This document shows, one piece after another, positions 50,793 through 63,290 of a DNA stretch of 64,000 nt. Each line of letters opens with the position of its first letter. Position 1 is the stretch's first letter. The notes below the pieces were generated by a model. That model had not been told where the DNA came from. It did not search any database and was given only the letters and a program-made list of their open reading frames with translations. The position numbers were made by a program, and so were the translations under genes. Source of the DNA: Takakia lepidozioides (taxonomy: Eukaryota > Plantae > Bryophyta); the NCBI GenBank assembly GCA_030704615.1, contig CM060731.1:74524001-74588000 (forward strand). Reading direction: 5' to 3'.

Positions 50793-51800
50793 TCAACTTA
50801 TTTGCATTGACTCTTCCCAGCATTTCCTTGTTAATGGTTTGTAACATGGCTGTGTGTTATCATACATCTTTTGTATGACATAAGGTCCTTTCCATGGTGA
50901 TTTAAGCTTAGAAGCTTGAATCTTTCCTTTCTTCTGCAACCATAAAACCAAATCCCCCGTCTTAAAAGTCTTTAATTTGCCTTTATCAAACTGTTCCTTT
51001 CGCTTCATCTGAATTCTGGTCATATTATCAGCTGCATCAGCACGTACTTCTTCCACATGGTATAATTCATGTTTCCTGACCTTGATGGAGTCTTGCAATT
51101 CCATTCTTTTTCCCACTCGTTCTCATGGTAGGTAACAGGAATTCCACTGGAAGTAAGGCTTCCATACCATAAACTAATTGGAATGGTGTACTTAGTGGTG
51201 ACTTTATATGAAGTCCTGTATGACCACAAAGCTGTCAGCAGCTTTGTATCCCAATCCGTTCTGTTTGCATTGACTATCTTAGCCAAGATAGTACATAGTA
51301 TTTTGTTGGTAGCCTCTGCCTGTCCATTACCCTGTGGGTAATATGTTGTACTCTTTCTATGCACAATCATAAACTCTTTAGTCAATAACTCAATGGTCTC
51401 ATTCATGAAGTGACTTCCTTGATCACTGATAAATTCTAAGGGACATCCAAATCGTGTAAGTATGTTCTCGTACAGGAACCTTGCTGTGGACTTGGCTGTG
51501 TTGTCCCTCAAAGCTTTAGCTTCCACCCACTTTGTAGTATAATCAGTGGCTGTAATTATGTACCTGTTTCGTGTATTCTTGGATGGTGGATTAATTGGTC
51601 CAACAAAGTCTAGTCCCCATTTCTGAAATGGTTCCGTAGGCATTGTAGGATGCAAGGCCATTCTTCCAGATCTCTGCAAAGGTCCTAGCCTCTGACATTC
51701 ATCACACTTCTGACAATACTCATGTACATCTTTGAACAAGTAGGCCACCAGTATCCTGCGAGTAGTATCTTTCTACTGGTAGTCTCTTCTCCAAAATGAC
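50793..51800 (-). pseudogene. Integrase (frameshifted)
   Basis: CQKCDECQR, KWGLDFVGP, ISDQGSHF, YYPQGNGQAEATNK, PWKGPY; no chromodomain seen. Confidence 0.95.
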
Positions 51801-51889
51801 CTCCAGCCACTCCTTTTATGAACTTCCTCCAAGACTTTATTTACTTCATGTGGTACAAGCATCGTTTTAGTACTCCATCAGGTCCTAAC

Positions 51890-53520
51890 TTATACATTCT
51901 GCTTCCTACCATAGTATAAGGTAAAGCTCTGATAGCAATTCTTCCTTTGCTCCTTACCATAACTAGGTGGGCACTGACCATGAGCAAGGTAGTATCTGAT
52001 TGGCCACTGCCAATCTAACCATTCATCTGCACTTCCTTGCACCTCCATTACAAATAAACTCGCATCAGGTAACTGATCGTCCACTCCTGTGGCGGCCTCT
52101 CCTGTTGTTCGTGACAAATGATCTGCCACAAGATGCAAACGGCCAGGCTTGTAAATAACCTCGAACTCAAACTCATGCAAGATTATTAACCACCTCGCTA
52201 TCCTTCCACTTATCAAAGGTTTGTTCACCAGATATATCAGAGCCTGGTGATCCACATAAAACATAAACTTTCTTCCCAATAGGTAATGCCTGAATTTCTT
52301 CACTGCATAGATCATTGCCAATGCTTCTCTTTCCGTTGTGCTATAGTTCCTCTCAGCACTGTTCATCAACCGGCTAGCATAGTACACAGGTGAATCTATA
52401 TTCCCTGTAACATTCTGGGCTAACACCGCTCCCAATGCTTCTCCTGATGCATCGCAGTGAACATGAAATACTACATGCCAGTGAGGGTTAATCAGCACAG
52501 GTGTAGTTGTTACTGACAGTGTAAGTTCCTCAAACGCCTGTTGACATTCAGCTGTCCATGCAAACACTGCATCTTTTCAGAAGCTTGCTCAATGGTGCTG
52601 CTATTTGTGCATACCTTTTGACAAATCTTCTGTAATAACTGGTTTGCCCAAGGAATCTCCTTAAACTCTTAACATTCACTGGTGGTGGAGAGACTTTAAT
52701 GGACTCTGTCTTCCTGGATCCACAAGAAGTCCCTTCTTACACACTATGTGTCCCAGAAGCACCCCTGAGTTCACACAGAAAGTACACTTCTCTGGATTCA
52801 AGCCCAGACCTCTCATCCTGCATCTGGCCAGGCATAACTCCAATTTATGCAAGTGCTCATTCTTAGAGCTGTACACACTGAAATCATCCAAAAACACCTG
52901 CATGAAATCATCCAGATACTCTTGAAAAGATTCACTTATCACTCTCTGAAAGGTCGCTGGTGCATTACAAAGTCCAAAGGGCATGACTTTGTATGCATAA
53001 GCCCCCCAGTCTGTGATGAAAGCTGTTTTCCCTTGGTCTTCTTCTGCCACTTGCACTTGATTATAACCACTGAAGCCATCCATGAATGAGTACATCTCAT
53101 GGCCTGCCACAGTGTGTCTAATACTGCTTCTGTGAATGGCAAAGGGAAAGGATCTTTCTTCGTACAAGCATTCAGCTTCTTATAGTTCACACATACTCTT
53201 AGTTTGCCATTCTTCTTGGGAACTATAACAATGGGTGACAACCAAGTTGTATACTCTATTGGGTATATAAACTTAGCCTCAGCCAACTTCTTTATCTCTT
53301 CTCCAACCTTCTGTGCGTAGTTGGGATTCATTCTATACCTCGCCTGCTTGATTGGCACTGACCCTGGTTCCAGTTCAATTTTATGCTGACAGACTTCAGG
53401 TGGTATCCCTTTTAGATCCTCATAGCTCCAAGCAAATACATCTCTGTATTTGATGAACAAGCTTTTAGCTTCTTCGAAGAATTCCGGCTCCAAATCAGCT
53501 CCTACTTTCACATCCTTGGT
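51890..53520 (-). pseudogene. Reverse transcriptase and RNase H (frameshifted)
   Basis: WLSPIVIVPKKNGKLRVCV, MDGFSGYNQ, MPFGLCNAPATFQR, FLDD, HCDAS, NYSTTEREAL, VDHQAL, VADHLSR. Confidence 0.95.
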
Positions 53521-53899
53521 TCCTCCGGAGTTCCCACATTTACTTCTCTCACCTGCTCATCACTGTGATTGTCCAACCAGTCACCACTTCATCCTGTAAG
53601 CTCACAGTGGCTGGTTCTTCTAGGATTTCTATTTCTCCTTCTCTTTCTTCATAGAAATGTGATGGGTAAATGCTGGTTTCTTCTTCCGTTGGTGTTGCTG
53701 TCACTACACCACAGCAGATACCTCTCAAACAACTTAGGCTTTCCAGCCGCATCTCTGCAACTGCTCCCACTCTGGGTGTGCAGCAAATAGGGTAGCTTCC
53801 TGCTCCTCATCCAGTCTCCCCTCCAGTCATACTCTCTGACTCCTCGAGGTCTTCTTGTAGCAGGTAATCTACTAGATTTCTTTGTGGTAATTTGTATCT

Positions 53900-54313
53900 C
53901 GTGCATCCCATTATGCACAGTTAGTAACTGAGAATTCCAGTCATGGAATACCCTGGCCTGTTTCAGCCACGGACGTCCCAAATAAGGAAAAAGCCTCCAT
54001 GACTTCATCCATTTTTAATACAGTTACTGTGATCATAAAGATCATTTTCTGTATCTGTATCTTAACCTCTTATTAATCCCAATGGCTGTACACTTCTTTG
54101 ATCTGCCATTGTTACTGTAAATGGGGCTGGTTTCATGTTACTTAGACCAAGCTTCTTCCTTAATTGGTCTGTCATGATATTTACTCCAGAACCACCATCT
54201 ATCAGTACATCAGTTAGTTCTGATGCTTCCATTCTCAATTGGATTACTGGCATAGAATCATCAAGTCCATGACTGGTTCCCGCCCTTTCCGGCTTCACAT
54301 TATAACTGGTCAC
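53900..54313 (-). pseudogene. Aspartic protease
   Basis: VLIDGGSGVNIM, MADQ, LGRPWL. Confidence 0.88.
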
Positions 54314-54682
54314 CTTGCTGTTCAGGTCTGTGTTTCCTGTTCTTGGGGCAATTCGATTGATTGCCTGATACAGCCTGTGCCCAATAAGGTGCCACCACAG
54401 CTAATAGCTGTCCAATGGTAATTTCTGCTTTGGTCTGACATATTCTTCTTCAGCCAAAGTCTCTTCATTACTTTGCATGTCTCATCTTCTTTTCTCTTCT
54501 TCCTCTTCCTCACTCCCTCTTTTTCTCCATCCGAATCAGAGAATCTGCCACAGGAATATCAGTACTCTTTTGCATTTCCCTTATAGTATCTGCCACTTCC
54601 TTGTGCAGTTCCTTCTCATCCTTCCAAGTCTCTTCATCTTCAGGCATATCATTGCCACTTCCAGTCTCATCTTCCTTCTCTT

Positions 54683-57410
54683 CTACTGGAGGTATAGTTT
54701 AGCTTTACTTCTTGTTACTATCATTGTACTTACTTCTGGTACAACACATGGCCTAACCATGTGAGCTGCCACCACTGGGCCCTCATTCACAGGAGCTCTC
54801 ATCTCATTCTGGTGTCTTATCCAGAATGAACAGGCTGCCTTGCGATGTCCTGGCTGATTACAATAGTAACATAGCTCTTCACCATTGGGTCCTCGCCCTT
54901 GGTCTGGTCTTGGATTATTTCTATAATCCTGATTCCCGGGCTGGTAATTCCCCCTTGGATTACCCTGATAGTTGCCTCTGGAATTTCCTTGGTAATTCCC
55001 TCTTGAATTACCTCTTCCTTCCATGCCATTGTTATAAACCACCAGACCTACCATAGTGGTCCTGATCATTGCTTCTTCTTGGCTGGGGTTTGCACCTGAT
55101 GCACCCTCACTTGCCTAGGTTCTCTGGCAGCTGTCCTTCTGTTGTAGTAACAATTCTCAGTAGAATGGTTATCCATTTTACAGATAGTACAGTGTTTCTC
55201 CTTCATGTGGCATTCTGTAGTGGTATGGCCTTCATTCTGGCACTTTGCACACCATACACCCTTCCTCCAATGTGTTGCAGCCTCTGTGGCATACTTCTTC
55301 AAGATTTCTTCCAATCTTTTCTCATAGTTATCCCTCTTCAACTTTTCCTTTCTCTTACTCTTTCTTTTAGTTCTTGCTCTTCTTCTTCATCTGACTCATC
55401 TTCAGAGTCCTCATCTTCCTTTTTCTCTCTCCTGAGCATTCCCAATTGCTCAATTCTGTTCGCAGTTTCAAATGCCTCCTCCACTGTATTATGGGGTAAC
55501 ATATCCACTTTCTTCTGCAACTCTGGTCTTAGTCCACTCACAAACCAAGTCTTCTGTAAACCCGGGTGCTGGTACTGGCAGCAGCTTTTTCATCATCAAT
55601 TCCATCTTCTCCATATACTCTTCAACAGTTTCATGCTTCTTCTGCTTCAGCTGTTGTAAACTTCCATACACTTCATCCTCAGTTTTACTTGTCCTGAACC
55701 TATTTCGAAATGCTGTATTCAAGCCATTCCAGGTTAGGAAATGATTATCAGGGAATCTTGCATACCATTCACTGCTTTCTTGATAAGTGAACAAGGAAAC
55801 AGTCTCATCTTGGCATCATCGCCATTCTCATTGTTCACTATACACATGTGCTCAAATTGGCTAATGTGTACATCGGGATCCCCTTTTCCTGAATATATTG
55901 GAAAGGGTGGTTTTTGCCCGTGTTTTTGTAACGCCATCTGTGGCCCTACCTTCTGCCCACTGACAGGTGCTGGCACCCTTTGCTGGTGCTGGTCCTTCTG
56001 GACCTGTTGTTTTTGTGGTGGATCTTCCACCAAGTGGTGGCCCTTGAGCACTCCCTGCTTCTGGCCCCACGATATTCACAGTATTCCCAGCTTCAGTTGC
56101 ACTACTTCCCACACTCCCCCCCCCAGAGCCAGATCCAGGCAGCCCGCCTGATCCCCCTGAGCCGACACCTTCGTTGGTGATCCAAGTGCTCCACTTGATC
56201 CAGGTCCAACGGGCATCTTCCACCAAGTAGCACTCCACGATATTCACAGTATTCCAGCTCAGTTGCACTACTTCCCACACTCCCTGTCCCCCAGAGCCAG
56301 ATCCAGGCAGCCCGCCTGATCCCCCTGAGCCGACACCTTCGTTGGCCTGTGATCCAAGTGCTCCACTTGATCCAGGTCCATTTGGGATGTCCTGGTTGTA
56401 TTCTCAACCTCAGCTGTTGGTCTACTTCTTCATATTCTTCCTCTTCCAATTTCTTCTCTCTGTTTTCATCATCATCAGTTTCTGCCCTTGGGTTTCTTCT
56501 TCACTCATGTAACTCAACTGTAATGGTGTTGGAGAGTCTGAACTCTCCGTTGGCTGCCACACCTCCTCATCTCCTTCTTCATCTTCTTCTTCAGAAACTG
56601 GAGTTCTGCTTTTGGTGTTCCATGCCAACTTTTATCAAATTTCTGTCAAATCTTTTATCCAAGGATGTACCTCAGATCTTTCACCTCTTGATTGATCTTC
56701 TTCCTGTACCAATTCCCTTAATCTTTCTTGCAAAGAAACAGAAGGAGTGGCATCCAACTCTAGTTCTTCCGGTATAGGTGATGCACTTTTTGATCTTGAT
56801 GGTGTGAGAGGTCCAGATGATTCCCCTATGTCTATTCCTCTCTCCCAAAGATATGGATAATTAGCTTTCAGATAGCTTTCCCTTTTTAATGAATATCTTT
56901 TGTCGTCTAGCTTCTTTTCATCACTCATGTCCCATGTCTTTCATTTCTTTTAATGTGGCAATAACCAAAACTCTCTTCTGTAATATCTCTCGTATATGCC
57001 TGGATTTTTCTTTCAAGCTTCAATGCACCCTTGGCTATACTTGAAGTCTCCGTTACCATATAACCATATGCAAACAAGTCTGAAAAGCTGTTCTTGGTGT
57101 GAGTTTGATCCACAAAATATCCTTTGGAATCCAATTCTTTACCAGTACAAGCTCTTCATGCATATGAGTATAAACATTCACCTTTCTTTCTTCCCAGCCT
57201 TCAAACTCTACTCGTTTAATGGATAGCAATGCTATCACATAAACCAATGTTGGTAACCAACGTGCTCTTCCTCTACAGGCTACCTGATAAATCTTTATCA
57301 CTCCTTTCTCCAGACCCCATTCTGGATCAGCATCATGCACTCGTTTAAGAATATTTTCTTTACATCCGTCTGGCAATTCCAAGAACCTTTGAAAGAACTG
57401 TTTGGACAAT
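54683..57410 (-). pseudogene. Gag with a long N-terminal extension and three CCHC knuckles (frameshifted)
   Basis: YSGKGDPDVHI...RLFPCSL...WY...TWNGL..AF..RF; knuckles CAKC..GH....C, CTIC...H....C and CYYC..GH....C; contiguous ORF pieces extend to ~57410. Confidence 0.85.
56068..56380. repeat. About 170-bp tandem duplication within the gag N-terminal region
   Basis: ~56068-56208 is repeated at ~56237-56380. Confidence 0.85.
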
Positions 57411-57517
57411 CTTTCTTCCTTCGTTCACAGGGAATTTGATTCACTTCAAATTCTTAAATGGTCCAACCACCATGATCCCACCAGATGCCTGTCACATCTG
57501 GTTGTTCATGTCCCAGT

Positions 57518-57535
57518 TCCCCAGTATGGTCGCCA
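57518..57535 (-). promoter_or_regulatory. Primer binding site, probably tRNA-Arg type
   Basis: TGGCGACCATACTGGGGA lies 2 nt after the 5' LTR; tRNA identity is by recalled similarity only. Confidence 0.75.
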
Positions 57536-57537
57536 AA

Positions 57538-58613
57538 TGTCGCGCGGCTTTTACTCACCCATCCCTTCGCTATCCGAGGCGGAAACTCCAAGATAGAAGA
57601 GTTTGGAAATCTCTAAGTACTCAGCCCGCGCAGAACATCAGTCATGACCTACAGCTAGTGTATCATGGGGGTGTTTCCTATTTGTTTCCCTTTTCGCATT
57701 CATCTTAGCTACCTTACCATTGATAATTACGTATTAGTTTCCTTTCACTCCTCCATTCAATCCACAGCTTCACTCAGATCTCTCTACACAGTGTGATTGT
57801 ATCGTATAAATATCAGATTATGATTTATCAGGTATCAGGCCGAAGCCATTGTATCTCTATTCTCCTCTACAATATCCCTACGGCTTTGCATCTAACAAGC
57901 ATCTACTAATCCTTCCTTCATCGTGCTCTCCGATCTCCGCTTCCGCCTGACTCCCAAGTCCTCCCCCCGAATAATGATCTCATCATAATCCCCGTTCTTC
58001 CCTTTATCCTCCTATCCGCGTTCTAACCGTTTCCCTCTCTAACCGTCGTATGTGAACTAACATGTTCCCTTCTCTGGTGTTGTTCCCCACAGTCGTTCCC
58101 TGTCCTACTCTCGTTCCCTATTATCGTGACAGCTGTGTCAAGCGGTGACTGGCTGTTTGGCTGTGTCGGGCTGTGACTGGCTGTGTGGCTATGCCGGGCT
58201 GTGACTGGCTGTGTGGGCTGCTGTGACGACTGTGACGGGCTGTGTGGGCTTGTGGGCTGTGACGACTATGACGGGCTGTGTGGGCTGTGACGCTGTGACG
58301 GGCTGTGTTGGCTGTGACGGCTGTGTGGCTGTTGGGCTGTGACGGCTGTGTCGGCTGTGTCGGCTGTGTCGGGCTGTGTCGGCTGTGCTGTGTGGCTGTG
58401 TCGGTGTGGGCTGTGTGTGTCGGCTGTGTCGGCTGTGTGGCTGTGTGGGCTGTGACGGCTGTGACGGCTGTGTGGGCTGTGTGGGTTGTGTAACCCCCTT
58501 CTACAGTGCTCTGCTGTCACCCCTAAGGTTCCTGTTTGTCTCAGTCTGTGCAAAAATTAAGGGTACCCTACAGATCCCGTATAAGTGTCTAAGTCCCCTA
58601 CAGTCCTCTAACA
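57538..58613 (-). repeat. 5' LTR (1076 bp)
   Basis: Matches 47841-48883; TG...CA ends; followed by the PBS. Confidence 0.96.
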
Positions 58614-59519
58614 GTGTCATGCTTGTTGTCATCAGAAATGTAAAAGTGCATTTCTTTCAAAACCTTGGAATCGGGATCATTCACATCAGGGTGTGGATTC
58701 CACCGGTAGGTAATGTGCACCAATATAGTGATCTGGAAACTGTGCCAGTGCATCTCTTGCACTTCATTCTGAACTGTAAAAGTGTAGTTTTCAGCAAAGT
58801 CAACAACAGACAATATTGTATTCTCTGGCAAAGATTTCAAACTGGCTTTAAACTGAGCATCTTGCCATCGGGCTACAAAGTATGACGAACAAAAGCCTGT
58901 AGCTTGGGTTTGAAGTACGACAAGAATTCAACAGAGGAAGTCGTTTGGTATTGGAGTTTCAGTCTCATTCTAGGGGCTCCATCTTTCTCCCCAACATTCT
59001 CTTTTGCATAGCATCTCCACTGCACTGTCAAATCACAACCATTTGCCTCCACGGGACAAATAGATAACTTACTTGAGCCACACCTCAAGCACTCTCCCAT
59101 GAGACAGTCTCGCCGATGCCATTCATCCAATTCCCCTTTGGGACAAACAATTTCTTGCCAAAGCCAAGTCACTCCTTTGTAGGGGTGCTTGTTCGCTTGA
59201 CAACCAGCTTCACCATCTAATACTGGTCCACGTCGACAAATATTACAATCACAAGTACATGATGATGGAGAGTGGACACCCCTCTCGGCAGTCCGCATGT
59301 TGTTGAACCCATCCTTCAACTCCGCCATCTCCACATGATATTTGCAGCAACAAACATTACGATCCTTCAGGCGTTTGACAAAGAATGGCCTCAACAACTC
59401 AAACAATCGTTGACCCACTTTGACATTGGGATGGGCTGATTTGAAGCGAAGAAAGAAAGCAGTCTGCATTGCCACCACAACATGCACAAAGAGAATCCCA
59501 TTTAGTGCATGCACTAAGA

Positions 59520-60050
59520 ATACCTACTACTAGACCTAGACCAGTCCTAGACCTAGTCTTAGTCATAGTCCTTTCTCATCACATGTCAAATTGTACAAGT
59601 ACTAATCAGTCCTAGTAGTCCTAGACCTAGTCCTTCCTAGTCACATATGAAGTAGTACATGTACTAATCAGTCCGAGTGTGAGTCCTTTCTAGTCACATA
59701 TTAAGGAATGCATGTACTAACCAGTCCTAGTCCTAGTCCTAGTCACATACCAATGAATGCATGTCCTAATCAGTCCTAGTCCTAGTCCTAGTCACATACC
59801 AATGAATGCATGTCTAATCATCAGTCCTAGTCCTACTTCTTTCTAGTCACATATCAAGGAATGCATGTCCAAATCGGTCCTAGTCCTAGTCATTGTCCTT
59901 TTCTAGTCACATTTCAAGGAGTGCATGTACTAATGGAGTACATGTACATCGACTTCTAGTCCTCCAAATCAAATTACATGGAGTGCATGCTATTTTGTCC
60001 TATCTAGTCATAATATAAGGAGTGCTAGTGAGTCGTACTTCTAGTCCATC
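59520..60050. repeat. Degenerate AGTCCT/CTAGTC tandem array in the transposase intron
   Basis: CAGTCCTAGTCCTAGTCCTAGTCACATA units with a roughly 50-bp higher-order period. Confidence 0.85.
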
Positions 60051-61475
60051 CCAGGCCTGTTTACAATGAGTACCAGTCCATGAACAAGAGGGACATCTTC
60101 AAGACACTCCAATTCAGGACATGAGCTGGACATAGTGTCCACAATTGAGTACAGTAATCTCAGTCCACTGGTAGGTTTACAGGTGACGATGTACCTTGTC
60201 TAGGAAAAATGTACGAGGCAACCCAAACAACACAATGGCAGTTGACAAACTCCAACATAGTCCAATACAGTTATGTACAGTAGTAGTGTAGAAGGATTGT
60301 AAAGTACTGAGAGCCACACAAAACACTGTAAAGAGAGGGTTCGCTTACCTGAGTCTCAAGAAGATAGTGAGCAGGTTGTGTATCATAGACTTTCCTCGAT
60401 ACGCGCTGCCTCACGACATCTTTCTTGTTGGGTGACACTCGTGTCTCATTTACCCACCAAGCCAAACGATCGCTCGGGTCGCATCTGGTACATGATCAGA
60501 CCTTTTCTTTCTCCCACCCAAAGCCCACAAACCCTCACCTTCTGAATCAATGACTCTTTGTCGTACAATTGCACGACTAATATTGCTATGATGAATATTA
60601 AGAATATGTGTCGTTGCCCTCACAGCAGTGGTCTGGGTTCCACTAACAGACGCTGTAAGAATGAGCGTTTACTCGCAAGCTTATCTAAAGACTGCACACC
60701 CTTAACAAGTTGCATGGAGCTCTGCTGGTTCTTCAACAAATCTGCATGCGCCTTGGCCTCCTTAGGCGGCAAGTAATAAGCAGGTAAGCTGAGTTTAATG
60801 AGATGGTGACCCAAAAATAACTCCATTACCTCTGTTTGTGAATGAAGTGTTGGGCATTCCCTCAATTGCTTGTAACAGAAGTCGGCCATTTTCAAAGCTA
60901 TTCTCCTCTTGTCTCGTTCTCCAAACCCCACCCTGGCATCTTCCACAGAACCTTGCCCAGACGTTGTAGTAGCCGCATTAATCTGCCTCTTTTTTGGGCT
61001 TGAAGTCTCTCCCTATACATTCTTTTCTGGTCAGAGTGGATTTGTTTGCGTGTATCCTCGGTGGGCCTGGCTGCAGCCAACAAAGCCAGTTTTGCCCTTT
61101 TTTGAGGGCCTGGTCTTACCTCTCCATTTACCCTATACTTGTTCTTCTTGTTCCCCATTGAAAACTGATAAACTGTTAGCACAATATAGAGATCGGAAAC
61201 CAGACAACAGTTTGCTTAAGTGTACTCTCTCTCCCAATGGTTGTCCCAGTCCAATTCAGTTGTATGAAAACATGGCCTGCAAAACAACCCAAAGCAAATG
61301 TGAGAAGAATATCAAACGTCTCGGTTCTGTTGCACCAATTTACACCAAGTAGGAAAATCTGCAATGAATATGACAACAAATGGGAGAGCCCCCACTTTAC
61401 TTGTTATGTAATCAGCCACAAACCAATGCTTCCACGATTTACTTCACCATTCTATTATTCTCTCGCCCTTGTCAT

Positions 61476-61661
61476 CCGGACTGTGGACAAAATCAGAATG
61501 TCGACTTCACGTCCTTGAAACCATCCACACTATTGAACTCAATGTCACATGCTGCACCAGAACCTAGTGCACGAATAAAGCGATTCTGAAGCAGTAATAG
61601 CTGCTGCTTGTACAGTGTAATTATTATCCCAAAGCGCCCTGGCCTCACCTCAGCTGAATAC
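61476..61661 (-). pseudogene. Isolated exon fragment of a senataxin/UPF1-like SF1 helicase (C-terminal helicase domain)
   Basis: After the acceptor TTACCAG: RYSAEVRPGRFGIIITLYKQQL...DIEFNSVDGF, a 1-nt frameshift, then QGREVDILILSTVR. These are the GIITPY..Q and VDGFQGRE motifs. Confidence 0.85.
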
Positions 61662-63290
61662 CTGGTAAAATTCCACCAAACGCAGCAGCAGCAAAGAACG
61701 CATATCATCAGCAGGAAAATCGCATATCATACAATACAAATTCATTTTGAACCCCCAAGGATGCACCTTGAGAGGGACCCTGTATATAATCAAGTCTCCT
61801 GCTATAGGGCAGTCAATGCAATATGCGGTAGGGGTTCCCACTCAAAAACAGGATGAGCACGATAAGGCATGAGATTGCTATGGTGGCGGGAGCCCTGGAT
61901 AGAGAACCTATCCAAACTAACGCGTAGTACATCCTCTTACTCATGCTCAACTTGAGGGAAGATTAACATATTCTAGATGGAGGTAATGCGCAGGCTGTAA
62001 GTAGCTGCGATTGAAGTGCACGCGACCTACAAGCAGCTTGCGTACCCAAGACTTGAGCTAGTAGATGGGGCTGATATGGTTCAGATTGTGACCCTCACAA
62101 ACGCAAACACAATACCACTTACAGCTAGTTATCACTATACAAAGATTGCAACCTCCAAAACTCACACATGTATCACATAAATACTACACAGAGCACTTTC
62201 TTGGAACTCAGGTGAGCAACATAGACAAATGAATGTGCGTGCGTAGTGAGTACGACAAGAGCAAAACCAAACACCCGAATGCTGGAGGAAATGGCCAGGT
62301 TGCACGAAGATACGTCAATGGCGAGGTTGCACGCCAATACTGCCCGTGTCGCACCCCGTATCCAACGTGTTCCAGGCTGTTGTGCGCTAGTGCATTACAT
62401 AAGAACTTAAAGCATATCATGCATGGCTATCTCTGCACACTCAAAATATGAGAAAGAAATCGATAGCACGAATAGAACGTTAGGCCATTAGGGCAAAGGT
62501 GTATGGGCCACACTTGCAAACGCGCAGACATTTTGAAAATCTACATTACAGACCACCCGGCGACGGGTGACCCGCCGTCTTGCACACTCCATGCGCGAGA
62601 CTGTTGTCTTGAAGCTTTTCATGCAGCATCCATGGCGGAGGCAGCCGCGCAGTCCATATCTCACGGTAGGCAGCTCGAACGACTTAGTTTTTTTCACCAA
62701 AATGGCATACGTAGCAACCTTTAGTGTCTCCTGCAACCCCTTTGCCCTTATGTGAATGTTACATTATTTTTTTCTAGATTTTAAAAAATATACACCAATG
62801 TAACTCTCTTCATGAAAAATCATCCCAAGCAGTTCATTCCTTCATAAAAACCTCCATATCATTGTAAAGTGCCTTAGGGAGTCTTGAAAGCTACACTTCT
62901 TATGAAAGGACCATAGCATGAAAATGAATGGAAGAAGGTCTATGAATTAGGATGTTCCAAGATAAAATGATAGATTTTGAAAATTTCTCACATATCTCAT
63001 AAACTAATTCTTAGGGCTACATTGTGGTTTCCATGTATAACGGTGACCTTCCTATTGGACATTAAAATCCCTATGTGAATTGAAGTTTTCCACCACTCCA
63101 ATTGATTCCATATAGTCCACAACCTTACTTTGGACATCATACATACTTTTACGTTTGGACTTCATTCAATGCTCAAATCTCCATGGATTCCAAAAAGAAA
63201 ACCACCGTTGTTTTCAGCACAGAATAAGGATCAATGATTCATGTCTAAACTTTCAAAATGCACTTATATCCAACATCCATGTCAGTCCTT

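Larger units (their letters stand above)
47841..58613 (-). mobile_element. Full-length, young non-chromovirus Ty3/Gypsy LTR retrotransposon (Phygy/Athila-like), 10773 bp
   Basis: Two TG...CA LTRs, 5-bp TSD GTGTC (47836-47840 and 58614-58618), PBS, PPT and gag-PR-RT-RH-INT order. Confidence 0.97.
46777..61158 (-). pseudogene. Intron-containing DDD transposase (Sola2-like), frameshifted and split by the Gypsy insertion
   Basis: ATG at 61158; intron 60348-59464 (GTAAGC...TGCAG, phase 0). Motifs CCCKYH, CLMGECLRC, VDFAENY, QNEVQEMHW, ISDDNKHD, then after the insertion WSDGCAAQFKG and FFGSGHGKGEHDGAGAVIKR; stop at 46777. Confidence 0.85.

Noticed and set aside
61650-61841. Cys-containing ORF as an upstream transposase exon
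   Set aside because: An in-frame splice is possible on paper, but the same CAG/GT site is better explained as the acceptor of the helicase fragment; no supporting motif.
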